Assembly (NCBI GenBank): GCA_043758415.1
Contig: JAYVNO010000207.1
Location: forward strand, 562-64,561
Source of the DNA: Burkholderiales bacterium
Lineage (GTDB): Bacteria > Pseudomonadota > Gammaproteobacteria > Burkholderiales > Casimicrobiaceae
Direction of reading: 5' to 3'
Length of the DNA stretch: 64,000 nucleotides
This document shows, in pieces, positions 29,534 to 40,600 of this stretch. The notes below the pieces were generated by a model. It was given only the letters and a program-made list of their open reading frames with translations. It was not told the origin of the DNA and made no database searches. Position 1 is the first letter of the stretch, and each line of letters opens with the position of its first letter. The position numbers were made by a program, and so were the translations under genes.

Positions 29534-30999
29534 GGCTGTGCCTCCAGTGCGTTGACGTAGAAGAGCGGGCGCGGCAAATTGAGTTCAGGCTCGCAGGCAT
29601 GGCTGGCGGCAGCAATGTTGCCTATCTCGATAAATTTGCTCATCAGTCGTCGCGAACAGGGGTGAATGGTGACGATATGGCCCATGCCGCCGACGACAAT
29701 ATGTCTGCTTTGCGTTAACGTGCTGGCGACGAGCGCGCCTTGAGACGGTGGCGTCACCGGATCGAAGGTGCCCGAGAACAAAAGCGTCGGAATATCACTC
29801 GTCGTGGGCGCAAAAAATTCCGGGTTTACCTTGCCGTGCGGCAGATTTTTGCAGAAGCCGTAGAAGGTGTCGCTGAGCGATTTGAATCGCTCCATCGCGG
29901 GCGCAGATCGACCCAGCATGTCCTCGGCGCACATCACCGCGAAGCGTTGCACGATGGACAGGTCGGTCTCGGAAATTGAGCTCGCCGTGGTCGTCGCTGC
30001 CAGTGGCGCGAAGTTTCCGGCGGCGGCTGATCTGACTAGCTCTGGGATCATTCGCGCCGCCTCGGGTTGGTAGAGCAGGGGCCACAGAAACGAGATCACG
30101 GTGCGGTCGGTGACGGTGCCGGTCAACGGCTTTGCGGTCGCGGGGTGGCTAAGCGTGACTGTTTGGGGCTTCGCGCGCAGTTTTTCCAGTACCGCATCAA
30201 GGGTTCCGCTCATGTTTGGGTAGGCATTCGCGCATGCCTTCGACGCTGCGCACGCGGCAATCGCGGCCTTCAACTGCACCTCGCTGCTGGCCATGGCGTC
30301 GTCAGGCAGGCGCAGCGACGTGGGCGCGACGCCATCGAGCACCGCCGTGCGAATACTGCCCGAAAAGCGCTTCATGTAGCGCAGCGCCACGCGGCTGCCG
30401 TAGCTTCCACCCCACACGTTGATTTTGTCGTAACCGAGACCCTTGCGCACGAGTTCAAGATCGTCGATGTAGTCATCGGTGCGGTGCGTCGCCGGGTTGC
30501 CTGTCATCGTCCTTAAACATTTCGCCCAGTCTTTTTCCAGGGCCGCAGCATCGGCGTTGAACAATTCGACAAGCGGGTCTTGTGCAGGCGATTCATGGGC
30601 CGTGTCACAGTTGAGTGTTTTGCTCTTGCCGGTGCCACGTTGATCAACCAGTACGATGGGCCGCAGTTTGCGTACATCGTTGAAAGCGGCAGCAACACGG
30701 CCAAGGTCTGACGCCGCCTGCCCCGGTCCTCCGGCGAACATAAACAGCGGATCAGCTTCCGGTCGGCGCGCAAGCGACGGCAGCACGGCCAGGAAAATCT
30801 CGATACGTTTGCCGTTCGGCTGAGCGTGGTCTTCCGGCACCGAGACGGTTGCACATCGCGCGACACCGTCAAAATTTTTAACGCGGCAGTCGGACAGTGC
30901 AATGGTCGCAGCCGATTGGGTAACGGCGCTGCCGCTGCATGCCGACAACAGGGCTGCGAACAACGCTATCGTCAGCGATGAATGGATTGTTTTTTTCAT
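29530..30999 (-). CDS. Exported alpha/beta hydrolase (TAP-like peptidase family), lipoprotein
   Basis: Lipobox LSAC, AGGPG, DQRGTG, nucleophile GGSYG, GTFDPVTP, GMGH; start MKKTIH at 30999. Confidence 0.85.
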   Translation of the reverse strand: MKKTIHSSLTIALFAALLSACSGSAVTQSAATIALSDCRVKNFDGVARCATVSVPEDHAQPNGKRIEIFLAVLPSLARRPEADPLFMFAGGPGQAASDLGRVAAAFNDVRKLRPIVLVDQRGTGKSKTLNCDTAHESPAQDPLVELFNADAAALEKDWAKCLRTMTGNPATHRTDDYIDDLELVRKGLGYDKINVWGGSYGSRVALRYMKRFSGSIRTAVLDGVAPTSLRLPDDAMASSEVQLKAAIAACAASKACANAYPNMSGTLDAVLEKLRAKPQTVTLSHPATAKPLTGTVTDRTVISFLWPLLYQPEAARMIPELVRSAAAGNFAPLAATTTASSISETDLSIVQRFAVMCAEDMLGRSAPAMERFKSLSDTFYGFCKNLPHGKVNPEFFAPTTSDIPTLLFSGTFDPVTPPSQGALVASTLTQSRHIVVGGMGHIVTIHPCSRRLMSKFIEIGNIAAASHACEPELNLPRPLFYVNALEAQP

Positions 31000-31189
31000 G
31001 GCCACAATCGTAACGATTTGTCGTGGACCGGTGCAGGAATGCGACGAACCACGATAAAGTGGCCCGCAGTAGCGCCTGATCGGCTTGAATGCGCTACGCA
31101 GATGCGGCACTGCCGTGACGCTGCGGTCGCCACGTGTGAAAGTGGTGGCGGAGAAGCGCCGACAAAACCCCAGCGGTAACGCCTGATCG

Positions 31190-31783
31190 CTAGCGCGTAC
31201 CCTCCGCCGCGGCGCGCACCGCATCCAGAAAGCGCTGCCCGGTGTCAGCGCCGAGTTGACGAGCCAGAGTTTGCCGGATTTCAGTGATGGCGATGCGCAA
31301 CTCTTGTGCATCCTTACAGCGATCAAGCTTGACAACCAGCACGTCGGCGTCCGGGCCAAGCAGTTCGTGCAGCGTGCGAACGCCGGTGCGTCGCACAGCA
31401 AGCAGCTGTGCAGCGGTTGGCTCAAGGTTCGTGTGGGCAACACCCGCTGGGACCGCAGGAGACGGCTCGAGCGAGGGTGCTATGCCCTGCGTCACTGACG
31501 TCACAAGCGCTACCGGGGCGGGCGATAACGCGGGCGATGCGATGGGCTGACCGCCGGCAAGCGGCGCGTCCATCCGTGTCGTGACCAGTCCCTGGTACTC
31601 AAGCTCAGCGATCACATGATCAATTTCCGAACCGCGGACGAAGAGCGCCAGCCGACTCAGCGGCGTTTTACCGTCCACCAAAATCAGCAAGCGTCGCAAT
31701 TCCGCGCGAAGGCCGAGCGCACGCGCCTTGACCTCGTCCATTCCGGCCTCGGTTTTGAAATAAACGGTATTGGGGTTCAGCAT
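31190..31783 (-). CDS. Conserved-looking hypothetical protein
   Basis: N-terminal YFKTEAG..E...LRRLLILVDGK pattern; clean 197-aa ORF. Confidence 0.65.
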   Translation of the reverse strand: MLNPNTVYFKTEAGMDEVKARALGLRAELRRLLILVDGKTPLSRLALFVRGSEIDHVIAELEYQGLVTTRMDAPLAGGQPIASPALSPAPVALVTSVTQGIAPSLEPSPAVPAGVAHTNLEPTAAQLLAVRRTGVRTLHELLGPDADVLVVKLDRCKDAQELRIAITEIRQTLARQLGADTGQRFLDAVRAAAEGTR

Positions 31784-31989
31784 GAGATGTATTTTTTACG
31801 CTGCGACGTGGCTAAATTGGGCCGCTCGTCGTGTCGGGCGTCGGCAATCGAGTGAATGGGTGCAGTTTCAAGCGTTTTAATATAACGTGGACGGGCACGC
31901 TAACTGGGCGTCACGACGCGCCGCGCAGCACAAGCGACCCGGCCACCGAGGCCCGGCAAGGCCGACGCAGGCTCCTGATAGGGGACGGT

Positions 31990-32200
31990 CATGCGTGTGC
32001 TTTAAATCGTGCTGAATCTCGCGCAGACTCTGCGCATCATGCTTCGCCTTGGCCGCGAGCAGTTCGTCAACCCGCAACTTGCGTCCCGGATGCGCCCATT
32101 CGCCGCTGATGAAATGCGGATAGTCGTTGCCGTGAATACGCTGGTTGGTTGTGGCAAAAAACGTGTCAACCGGCTGCTGTGGCATGTGCATAAAACCAAC
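31990..32200 (-). pseudogene. Fragment of a penicillin acylase (Ntn-hydrolase) gene
   Basis: [51 protein letters not shown] resembles the acylase beta-chain; limits approximate. Confidence 0.55.
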
Positions 32201-32323
32201 GGCGAATGCCGGATCACGCTCGGATTTCGCCGCAATCGTCGGGCCCAAGTTGATGCATATCAGTTGAAATGGCTTCAATCCCACCCACATTACCGGGCAA
32301 ACACGAACCAGAAGTCACACCCC

Positions 32324-34918
32324 ATGCGTTTCGACAAACTTACGACCAAATTTCAACAGGCCATCAATGAGGCACAGTCTATCGCGGTCGGTCTCGATGG
32401 CTCGCAGATTGAGCCGCAACACTTGCTGATGGCCCTGCTTGAACAGGAAGACGGCGGCACCAAATCGCTGCTGCAACGTGCTGGCGTCAATGTCGCCAAG
32501 TTGACCAAGGATTTGCAGGCGAGCATCGAGCGGCTGCCGCGCGTGCAGGGCAGCGACGGCAACATCAACGTCGGGCGCGACCTCAATGGGTTGCTCAACC
32601 TGACCGATAAGGAGGCGACCAAACGCAACGATCAGTTCATCGCCTCCGAGCTTTTTTTGCAAGTACTCGCGAGTGACAAGGGAGAGACTGGGCGCATCTT
32701 CAAGGACGCCGGGGCCAACGCCAAAACGTTGCAGGCGTCGATTGATGCTGCGCGCGGTGGCGCTGGCATGGACTCGCAGGAGGCTGAGAGTCAGCGTCAG
32801 TCGCTCGATAAATACACCGTTGACCTGACTCAGCGCGCACGCTCTGGCAAACTCGATCCGGTGATTGGTCGCGATGATGAAATTCGCCGCGTGATTCAGG
32901 TGTTGCAACGCCGCACCAAGAACAATCCCGTGCTCATCGGCGAACCGGGCGTAGGCAAAACCGCCATCGTTGAAGGTCTCGCGCAACGCATCGTCAACGG
33001 CGAAGTGCCGGAAGGGCTCAAAAACAAACGCGTGCTGTCGCTCGACTTCGCGGCCATGCTCGCGGGCGCGAAATATCGTGGCGAGTTTGAAGAGCGCTTG
33101 AAGGCGGTGCTCAAAGACTTGGCGAAAGACGAAGGCCAAACCATCGTCTTCATTGATGAGCTGCACACGATGGTCGGCGCGGGCAAGGCTGAGGGCGCGA
33201 TGGATGCGGGCAACATGTTGAAGCCTGCGCTGGCGCGCGGCGAGCTGCATTGCGTGGGCGCAACGACGCTCGACGAATATCGAAAATACATCGAGAAGGA
33301 TGCCGCGCTGGAGCGGCGTTTCCAGAAGGTGCTGGTGGGCGAGCCATCGGTCGAATCGACTATCGCCATCCTGCGCGGGCTGAAAGAAAAGTACGAAGTG
33401 CATCACGGCGTGGACATCACCGACGCCGCGATCATCGCTGCTGCGGAACTGTCGCATCGCTACATCACGGATCGCTTTTTGCCGGACAAGGCGATTGATC
33501 TGATTGACGAGGCTGCGAGTCGTATCAAGATGGAGATTGACTCCAAGCCCGAGGTCATGGACAAGCTGGATCGGCGCATCATTCAATTGAAGATTGAACG
33601 CGAAGCGGTGAAGAAAGAGAAGGACGCTGCGTCGCGTAAGCGCCTCGATTTGCTGGAGGACGAAATCCTCAAGCTGGAGCGCGAGTACGCCGACTTCGAC
33701 GAAATTTTGCGTGGCGAAAAGGCAGCCGTGCAAGGCACGCAAGGCGTGAAGGAACAAATCGAAAAACTCAAGCTCGACATGGACGAAGCGCGCCGTCGCG
33801 GCGACTTCGCGCGTATGTCGGAGATTCAGTACGGATTGTTGCCAGACCTTGAGAAAAAGCTCGCAGAAATTCTGCCGCAACCGGTGGCTGAAGGGTCAGA
33901 CAGTCATGGCATAACGAAGCTGTTGCGCACGCAAGTCGGCGCTGAAGAAATCGCAGAAGTCGTCTCACGCGCCACGGGCATTCCCGTGAGCAAGATGATG
34001 ACCGGCGAGCGCGACAAATTGCTGCACATAGAAGACGCGTTGCATAAGCGTGTAATCGGACAGGATGAAGCGGTGTCACTCGTTGCCGACGCGATTCGTC
34101 GTTCGCGTGCAGGACTCGCCGATCCAAATAAACCGTATGGCTCGTTCCTGTTCTTGGGCCCAACCGGCGTCGGTAAAACCGAGCTCACGAAAGCACTCGC
34201 TCAGTTCCTGTTCGACAGTGAAACCGCGTTGATCCGCATCGACATGAGCGAATACATGGAGAAGCATTCCGTCGCCCGCCTTATCGGCGCGCCGCCCGGT
34301 TATGTGGGCTTTGACGAGGGTGGCCAGCTCACCGAGACGGTACGTCGCAAGCCGTATTGCGTGATCCTGTTTGACGAGGTGGAGAAGGCGCATCCTGACG
34401 TGTTCAACGTGCTCTTGCAAGTGCTTGATGATGGCCGCATGACTGACGGGCAGGGCCGCACTGTGGACTTTAAAAACACGGTGATCATCATGACCAGCAA
34501 TCTGGGCGGAGCCAAGATTCAGGCGATGGTGGAAGACCCGCCAGAGCTCGTAAAGCTCGCGGTGATGGCCGAGGTGAAAGACCATTTCCGCCCCGAGTTC
34601 ATCAACCGCATCGACGAGATTGTGGTGTTCCATGCGCTCGGCAAGGACAACATTAAGGGCATTGCTCGCATCCAGTTGAAGCGACTTGAAGAGCGTCTTG
34701 CCAAGCTCGATCTCAAAATCGAAGTGTCCGAGTCAGCGCTTGACGCGCTGTGCGAAGCGGGCTTCGATCCGGTGTTCGGTGCTCGTCCGCTTAAACGTAC
34801 GATTCAACAGTCAGTGGAAAACCCGCTGTCCAAAGAATTGCTCGCAGGCAAGTTTTTGCCGGGCTCGACCATTGAGGTTGATGCGCGGAACGGGGAGATT
34901 GTGTTTGCAGCTTCCTAA
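32324..34918 (+). CDS. clpB: ATP-dependent chaperone ClpB
   Basis: [11 protein letters not shown] start at 32324; two AAA+ modules ([16 protein letters not shown]) and coiled-coil M domain. Confidence 0.98.
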   Translation: MRFDKLTTKFQQAINEAQSIAVGLDGSQIEPQHLLMALLEQEDGGTKSLLQRAGVNVAKLTKDLQASIERLPRVQGSDGNINVGRDLNGLLNLTDKEATKRNDQFIASELFLQVLASDKGETGRIFKDAGANAKTLQASIDAARGGAGMDSQEAESQRQSLDKYTVDLTQRARSGKLDPVIGRDDEIRRVIQVLQRRTKNNPVLIGEPGVGKTAIVEGLAQRIVNGEVPEGLKNKRVLSLDFAAMLAGAKYRGEFEERLKAVLKDLAKDEGQTIVFIDELHTMVGAGKAEGAMDAGNMLKPALARGELHCVGATTLDEYRKYIEKDAALERRFQKVLVGEPSVESTIAILRGLKEKYEVHHGVDITDAAIIAAAELSHRYITDRFLPDKAIDLIDEAASRIKMEIDSKPEVMDKLDRRIIQLKIEREAVKKEKDAASRKRLDLLEDEILKLEREYADFDEILRGEKAAVQGTQGVKEQIEKLKLDMDEARRRGDFARMSEIQYGLLPDLEKKLAEILPQPVAEGSDSHGITKLLRTQVGAEEIAEVVSRATGIPVSKMMTGERDKLLHIEDALHKRVIGQDEAVSLVADAIRRSRAGLADPNKPYGSFLFLGPTGVGKTELTKALAQFLFDSETALIRIDMSEYMEKHSVARLIGAPPGYVGFDEGGQLTETVRRKPYCVILFDEVEKAHPDVFNVLLQVLDDGRMTDGQGRTVDFKNTVIIMTSNLGGAKIQAMVEDPPELVKLAVMAEVKDHFRPEFINRIDEIVVFHALGKDNIKGIARIQLKRLEERLAKLDLKIEVSESALDALCEAGFDPVFGARPLKRTIQQSVENPLSKELLAGKFLPGSTIEVDARNGEIVFAAS

Positions 34919-35040
34919 CGTGATACCGCCGGTTAGGATTCCTTTCTCGGATTTGGGGGAGGCCTACTGACAAGTGAGTGTGTCGCGTCCTACGAAACGG
35001 AAGCGTTGTTGGAGACGCGTTCCGAAACGAAATATTCCCG

Positions 35041-35457
35041 CTAAATGATGCGTGACGTTGATAATTTAGCGCGGCAAGCAGCCTGTGCCTGCCGCGCGTC
35101 CGATGTCACAAATCGATCTGCATCAATTGCCAGCGCTGCGGCTACATGCAACGCATCCATCGCCCGCAAGTTCGAGCCCGCTAGCAATGCAATCGCCTGC
35201 GCTTCAATCTCAGGTGTCCACCGCGACACTTCAAAATCCACCAGCTCTTTCTCAAAGTCAGCGACGGCTGCGCGATAAACGGTCGAGGTGATTTGTTTGG
35301 TCAGGCGCATGCGATTGAACGCCGAATGCATTTCCACTCGACAGTGATGCGCGATGTGAAGAGACGTTGCTGCGTCAAAGATGGGTTGCAATTCCGCGCC
35401 ACCCTGAATCGCAACGTAGCGCTTGACCAGTGCAGAGGTGTCGATGGCGACGCGCAT
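35041..35457 (-). CDS. vapC: PIN-domain toxin (VapC family)
   Basis: MRVAIDTSALVKRY...LRAMDALHVAAA...FVTSD; start 35457 overlaps the antitoxin stop. Confidence 0.88.
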   Translation of the reverse strand: MRVAIDTSALVKRYVAIQGGAELQPIFDAATSLHIAHHCRVEMHSAFNRMRLTKQITSTVYRAAVADFEKELVDFEVSRWTPEIEAQAIALLAGSNLRAMDALHVAAALAIDADRFVTSDARQAQAACRAKLSTSRII

Positions 35458-35705
35458 CAGTACGCTTGCTCTTCGCGCTCTGCAATCACCGGATTCGTCG
35501 CTACTTTGTCTGTGTTCCTCGATAGCGGATGCGGCTTCAACGCGCGTTTCCACATCGGCGCAGCTTCAGGTTTCATCGGATTTACAGGACGCAGCTCGAT
35601 GACTGCGATGCCTCGCCGCGTTACCTGAACACGCTCGCCTTGAATCACGCGGTCAAGCGTTTGCGCGAGCTGTGCGCGGAAGACGTGAAGCGGTAACGTT
35701 TGCAT
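35457..35705 (-). CDS. Phd/YefM-family antitoxin
   Basis: FRAQLAQTLDRVIQGERVQVTRRGIAVIEL; coupled to the PIN toxin. Confidence 0.85.
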   Translation of the reverse strand: MQTLPLHVFRAQLAQTLDRVIQGERVQVTRRGIAVIELRPVNPMKPEAAPMWKRALKPHPLSRNTDKVATNPVIAEREEQAY

Positions 35706-35754
35706 GATTTTCTATCTGTACAAGTAATTTGTTAATTGTACAGATGAAATTCCC

Positions 35755-36495
35755 TCACCGCACCAACGGCCTAACCGCCGTAAACCCACCATCCACGGTC
35801 CACGTCTGCCCGGTCACGCGGCGCGCTGCATCGGACAACAACCAGAGCATCACCTCCGCTATCTCGTCTGCCGTGCCGATACTGCCCAGCGGATACTGCT
35901 TTGCGCTGGCCTCGCGTAACGCAGGGGATGACAAAAACTTCGCGCCTGCGGGCGTGTCCATCAGGCCCGGTGCGACGGCGTTGAAGCGCATGCCGCTGCT
36001 TGCGTAGGTCGCAGCGGCGGACCGCACCATCGCTTCCAGCCCGCCCTTGGCAGCGGCCACGGCTTCGTGGTTGGCGATGCCGATGCCTGCTGCGATCGTG
36101 GACACGAAGCACGCCGACGCAGGGATCGCGGCGGTGCGTGCCGCTGCGACGAACGCACCGAGCGTGAAGAACGCGCTGTCGAGATTGGCGCGCATCACAT
36201 CCCGATATTGCGCCTCGGTGGTACGTGCCACGGGCGCGAGCAAAATGTTGCCGACGCAGTGCGCGAGCATGGTTGGTGCGCCCAACGTTTCAACGCAACG
36301 TTTGACGGCGTGTTGCGCGCCTTCAAACGTTGAGACATCAGCGACGATGTGCGTGTGTGCCTCGCCGAATGCGTCAACGATGTGTTGCGCGTCGCGGCTG
36401 ACCACCGCGATTTTCGCGTCCGTCAATGCAGCGCGAGCAACAATGGCGCGACCGAGTCCGCCCGCTGCGCCGGTGACTAAAAGAACATGTGTCAT
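35755..36495 (-). CDS. Short-chain dehydrogenase/reductase
   Basis: VTGAAGGLG, NAVAPG..DT; HEAVAAAK at the catalytic position instead of YxxxK. Confidence 0.88.
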   Translation of the reverse strand: MTHVLLVTGAAGGLGRAIVARAALTDAKIAVVSRDAQHIVDAFGEAHTHIVADVSTFEGAQHAVKRCVETLGAPTMLAHCVGNILLAPVARTTEAQYRDVMRANLDSAFFTLGAFVAAARTAAIPASACFVSTIAAGIGIANHEAVAAAKGGLEAMVRSAAATYASSGMRFNAVAPGLMDTPAGAKFLSSPALREASAKQYPLGSIGTADEIAEVMLWLLSDAARRVTGQTWTVDGGFTAVRPLVR

Positions 36496-36555
36496 GTTGA
36501 GCCTTGAGTTTTTTTTGCTCCCTGAGACTCAATTGTCTCGCACCTCAGCGTTTCC

Positions 36556-37530
36556 CTAAAGCACGTCCCGCTTGAGATCCGGAAACACCTTGCCCACTTT
36601 CGCCAGCACGTAATCGCCATACGTGCCATCAAAACTGTGTACGCTCGCGCCGTCCCAGCGCGATGCTGCGTCATCCGTTTGCAGCGTGCGAATCGGCTCG
36701 ATGCGCGCGTCAAAATCCGGGTCGAAGAACAACGGGAACGACAGGCGGTCACGACCGCTCGTGTTGATGCGCACACGATGCGGCGTGCTCTTGTACAGCC
36801 CGCCGGTCATGCGGTCCAGCATGTCGCCGATGTTGCACACGAACGACGCGGGCACCGGCGGCGCCTCAATCCAGCCGGTCGCCGTTTTCACCTGAAGGCC
36901 GCCCACCGTGTCCTGCCGCAGCAGCGTCAGCAGGCCATAGTCCGTGTGCTCACCCACGCCATACAACGCGCCCACGTCGGCAGGCACTGGACGACTCGGG
37001 TAGAGAAATACGCGGAATAGAATCAGCGGATCGGCCGTATAACGACTCGAAAAGTAATCCGGCGCAAGCCCCAGCGAGCCAGCAATCGCCTCCATCACGC
37101 GATGCCCCAGTCGCGTCACCTGATCAATGTACTCAAGCACCGTGCGACGAAAGTCAGGCAACACATCATCGTCGGGAAGCAGGTTTGCACCATGCAGCGG
37201 TAAGCCCGCACGCACTCGCGGATGCTCGTCCGGCAGTTCAGTGCCGAGGTACAAACCCTCCTTCCAGTCCGGCCGACCCGATGTCAGTTCGCCACCCAGC
37301 CGAAACCAGCCGCGCCACGCCGGCCCTCCCAGCGTCATCGCAAACTGCGCCTTGGTCGCCTCCGGCAGCGCGAAGAACTGATGACTCAGCCGCTCCAGCC
37401 GAAGCGCCAGCGCCTCGTCAACGTCATGCCCCACGACATAGAAAAAGCCATGCGCTTGGCACGCATCCGCGATCTGCTGCGCCAGCTCGGGTTTCGGTGC
37501 TCGTAAGTCGATGATGGGAAGGTGGGTCAT
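36556..37530 (-). CDS. 2-oxoglutarate/Fe(II) oxygenase (IPNS-like family)
   Basis: LPIIDL, HGFFYVVGH, EHTDYGLLTLL (HxD), STPHRV, RLSFPLF; start MTHLP at 37530. Confidence 0.9.
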   Translation of the reverse strand: MTHLPIIDLRAPKPELAQQIADACQAHGFFYVVGHDVDEALALRLERLSHQFFALPEATKAQFAMTLGGPAWRGWFRLGGELTSGRPDWKEGLYLGTELPDEHPRVRAGLPLHGANLLPDDDVLPDFRRTVLEYIDQVTRLGHRVMEAIAGSLGLAPDYFSSRYTADPLILFRVFLYPSRPVPADVGALYGVGEHTDYGLLTLLRQDTVGGLQVKTATGWIEAPPVPASFVCNIGDMLDRMTGGLYKSTPHRVRINTSGRDRLSFPLFFDPDFDARIEPIRTLQTDDAASRWDGASVHSFDGTYGDYVLAKVGKVFPDLKRDVL

Positions 37531-37673
37531 GACAAACTGCTTTGGATCGGTTGTGATTTCGCAAGTGATGATAAAGAACCGCATACCTTGGCGCCGTGTT
37601 GTTCGCGTGTGCAGGCGTATACGTCAGCTCGAGTTTCTCTCACGAGCTTGCGGGCAACGAGACACACGAGGCG

Positions 37674-40600
37674 CTAATCTTCGTCGTCAATTTCACCTGA
37701 ACGTTCGGCAATTTCCTGCTCGGCTTTTTTGAGGATCATTTCATAGAGTTGATACGTCGCTGAGAAGCGATTCGCGGTGGACAATATCTGTCGCGACTTT
37801 TCTCTAGCCTCTAAGTCTCGTGGGAATGGTTGTCCGTACGTGCCCGAACGCGCACCGTATGCAGCAGCTTCGTATAGCTCGCTCATTACCTCTTTGAGCA
37901 TCGGCGGCCCGTGAGCGGTTGCAGTGTCCAAGAAAAAACTCACAAGAGCTTGTCTTTCCAGTACCTGCTTGTGCCCCGTCTTGGCGAACGCTCTCACCGC
38001 GAGAGAGAAGTCATGAATACCCAAGCGTGCCCTTGCTTTTAGGAAGTCAAAGTAGAAATCGTCAAACGGCCGGAACATCACGGCGAATAGCTGAAGCCCA
38101 TCGTGCTCAAAAGCAGAGTTCTCCTGCGCCCTATGCCGAAGCCAGCTCCAGACATTTTCAATTAACGAATCCACAACTGACGATTCTCGAAATTGAAGTA
38201 AAAGTTGGTGGTCATCAAATCCCGCATAACCGCGCGCGTATGCATCGCTTGCCGACGCGCTTTCAACGCGAGCCATTAGAAAAGCTGCCGTGGTTACTGG
38301 CGTAAGCTTCGATGCCTTTGTCAAAAACTCTTGAACCCAGTGTTTGTCTATGTGTGAAAGTTTCATCAAAGCCCTGAAAATCGCTTGAATTTGTTCGTCA
38401 CGCAGCGACTGAATTGAGCCGATGTTGTCTTCAGTTAATTGCTCAAGCACTTGATCCGCAACGGCAGGACTTTTTGACATGTCTATCTGAAGCAACATCG
38501 AGAGCGCGAGCGGCTTGTCGTGTTTCGCGAGAGCTCGAAGTGAGTTAATCGCAAGAACAACAACTTGCTCCTCAGAACTAACCAGCATTTCTTGCAAGTA
38601 ACCCAAGGCGGCAGGGTCGGCACCTCCCTTTTCTATGATGTTGGGAAGTGCGCAGGTAGCCTCAATGAGTAGCGTGCGGTCGCCGCTATCAAGAAGGTTA
38701 CGAACAAAGCTCATCGACGCTTTATCACCAGCGTCATAGAGCATACTAAGCGCTAAGCCCACGAACTGATTTGTGGGGAGAGAAAAATCCGTCAACGACA
38801 CTTCAATCACCTGCTTCGCGATAGCTTGCGACCGCTTAAAAAGATGAAAAAAGAAGATATTAGGTGAGTGCGTCTCGCGGACATACTCGCGGCGAATGTG
38901 AGTCAATCGCGCACATAACGCCGCGTGAAGAACAGCTGGATCAGAATGTTTTTTTATCGTTTTTGCTGCCAGATTGGCTAGCGCTTCATCCCATGATTTC
39001 TTACGCGAAATGTAGTCAGTTTCTTCGCGCAAATGGCCATACCCGTCTACTAACGCCACGGCAATTAGATACTGTAAGGACTTCGGCTGAAGCGCGAGTA
39101 TTCGCCGCGCAACATCTCCTGTCGGTGAGTGTGAAAATTTTGCCTGATACGAGACAAGTCTCGCAATTCGCAGCACGACCAAATCGTCTAAATTATTTGT
39201 GATCAGGTATCGCTCAATTTTCTCGAGCGTTTCCTGAAATTCACCTGACCAGCTTTCGCTGGCTTCGGCAAACTCCGACTGTCCCATGAATGTCATAGGC
39301 GGACGAAGTGCGTTCTCGAGAAATGCGACGGAGCGTACAGCGCGACTCACATGCTGACAGGAGAAGCGCTGAATTGCCGCATCGATTACCAATGTCCGAA
39401 GACCCCGTACCGCTTCCAGCCGAACAAAGTAAGGCGTAAACGCAAACCCTGCGCCGCTCCACGTTGTGTCATGCCCTTGGGTTCTCAGGATCCCCTCTAA
39501 GAAGTCATAGGGCGTTAGAGTAGGCATCCATGCGTGGTTGTCGTCCAACAGCTTGAGGCCATACCTGACTACTGCCTCACAGTATTCCATCGGCTTGTCG
39601 CGTGTGACCGAGCACAGCTCCGTGAGTTTGGCAAGTGCAGTTGACTTCTTTCCGCCACGATCTGTTTCGCTTCGTGCACTTAGTTCCCACAGCGATTCAC
39701 ATGCGCGAGGCACGTATTCGAAGTTATGCGCGGCGTGAGCAATGATTGTGGGTAACTCGTCAAAGCTTCGGTTTTCTCGTATGACTTGCTCGACAAAATC
39801 AAGTGCTCGCTTCGGGTAGTAGTACGCGACGGATGACAGGGCTTTTGTATGAGGGTCGTAGCTGGTGCCCGAGGGCTCGAGTTTTCGCCAAACTTGGCTA
39901 ACGAGGTCACTCGTTCCCGTGTCACCGCTGGAACGAATCCAGTCGAGCTTGCCTAGGTTCACCAGAATATTCTCGATGAGGTATGTCGGTGCGGCATCGA
40001 AGACTCGCTCGGCATAGCCGGTAGATGAGCCGTTTACGTTAATACAGGTCTCATCGAGGATGTGATCTGCAAGAAGATCTGGGGAAATACGTGTGCGCCG
40101 CCCCTGCTTTATGAGTATCCCCGCGTCGACATACAGTCGCGTCAATCGATGCGTGTCTACTTCATCAATCTCTTCAATGGTCAAACTCAGTTTTGCTATG
40201 GCCGCGTCATCGAGAGAAAAAGGCTGAACTAGTGCAAGCAGTCGGAGCAGTTTTTTCGCCGACGCTTGGTCTGACGGGGCTGCAATGCTTCCAGTAATTA
40301 CATCCTGAAACTTGGACAGCAATGAATCTCGAAAATCACGATCTCCTTTAATGCGACTTGGAACAATCAGTTTGCGAGCGACGACGTACGACCCAACGAC
40401 AGTTGCAAGTGGGCAATCGTATGTCGCGTTGGCAATGTCTTCCGCGATCCAATCTGGACCGTTATGTGCTTTTAGTACCTCAAGTGCCAGTTCTTTCGCT
40501 TCACTTCTAGTAAGCGGCTCTAGTAGTGACTCCGATACTCGCTGCTCTATGAGTCCCACAGCCGCGGCGGTTTCTCGAACCTTTGTGCGCCCGTGTGTAC

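Noticed and set aside
32009-32323. 105-aa N-terminal extension of ClpB in the ORF track
   Set aside because: The canonical start is at 32324; the extension is the reverse strand of an acylase remnant.
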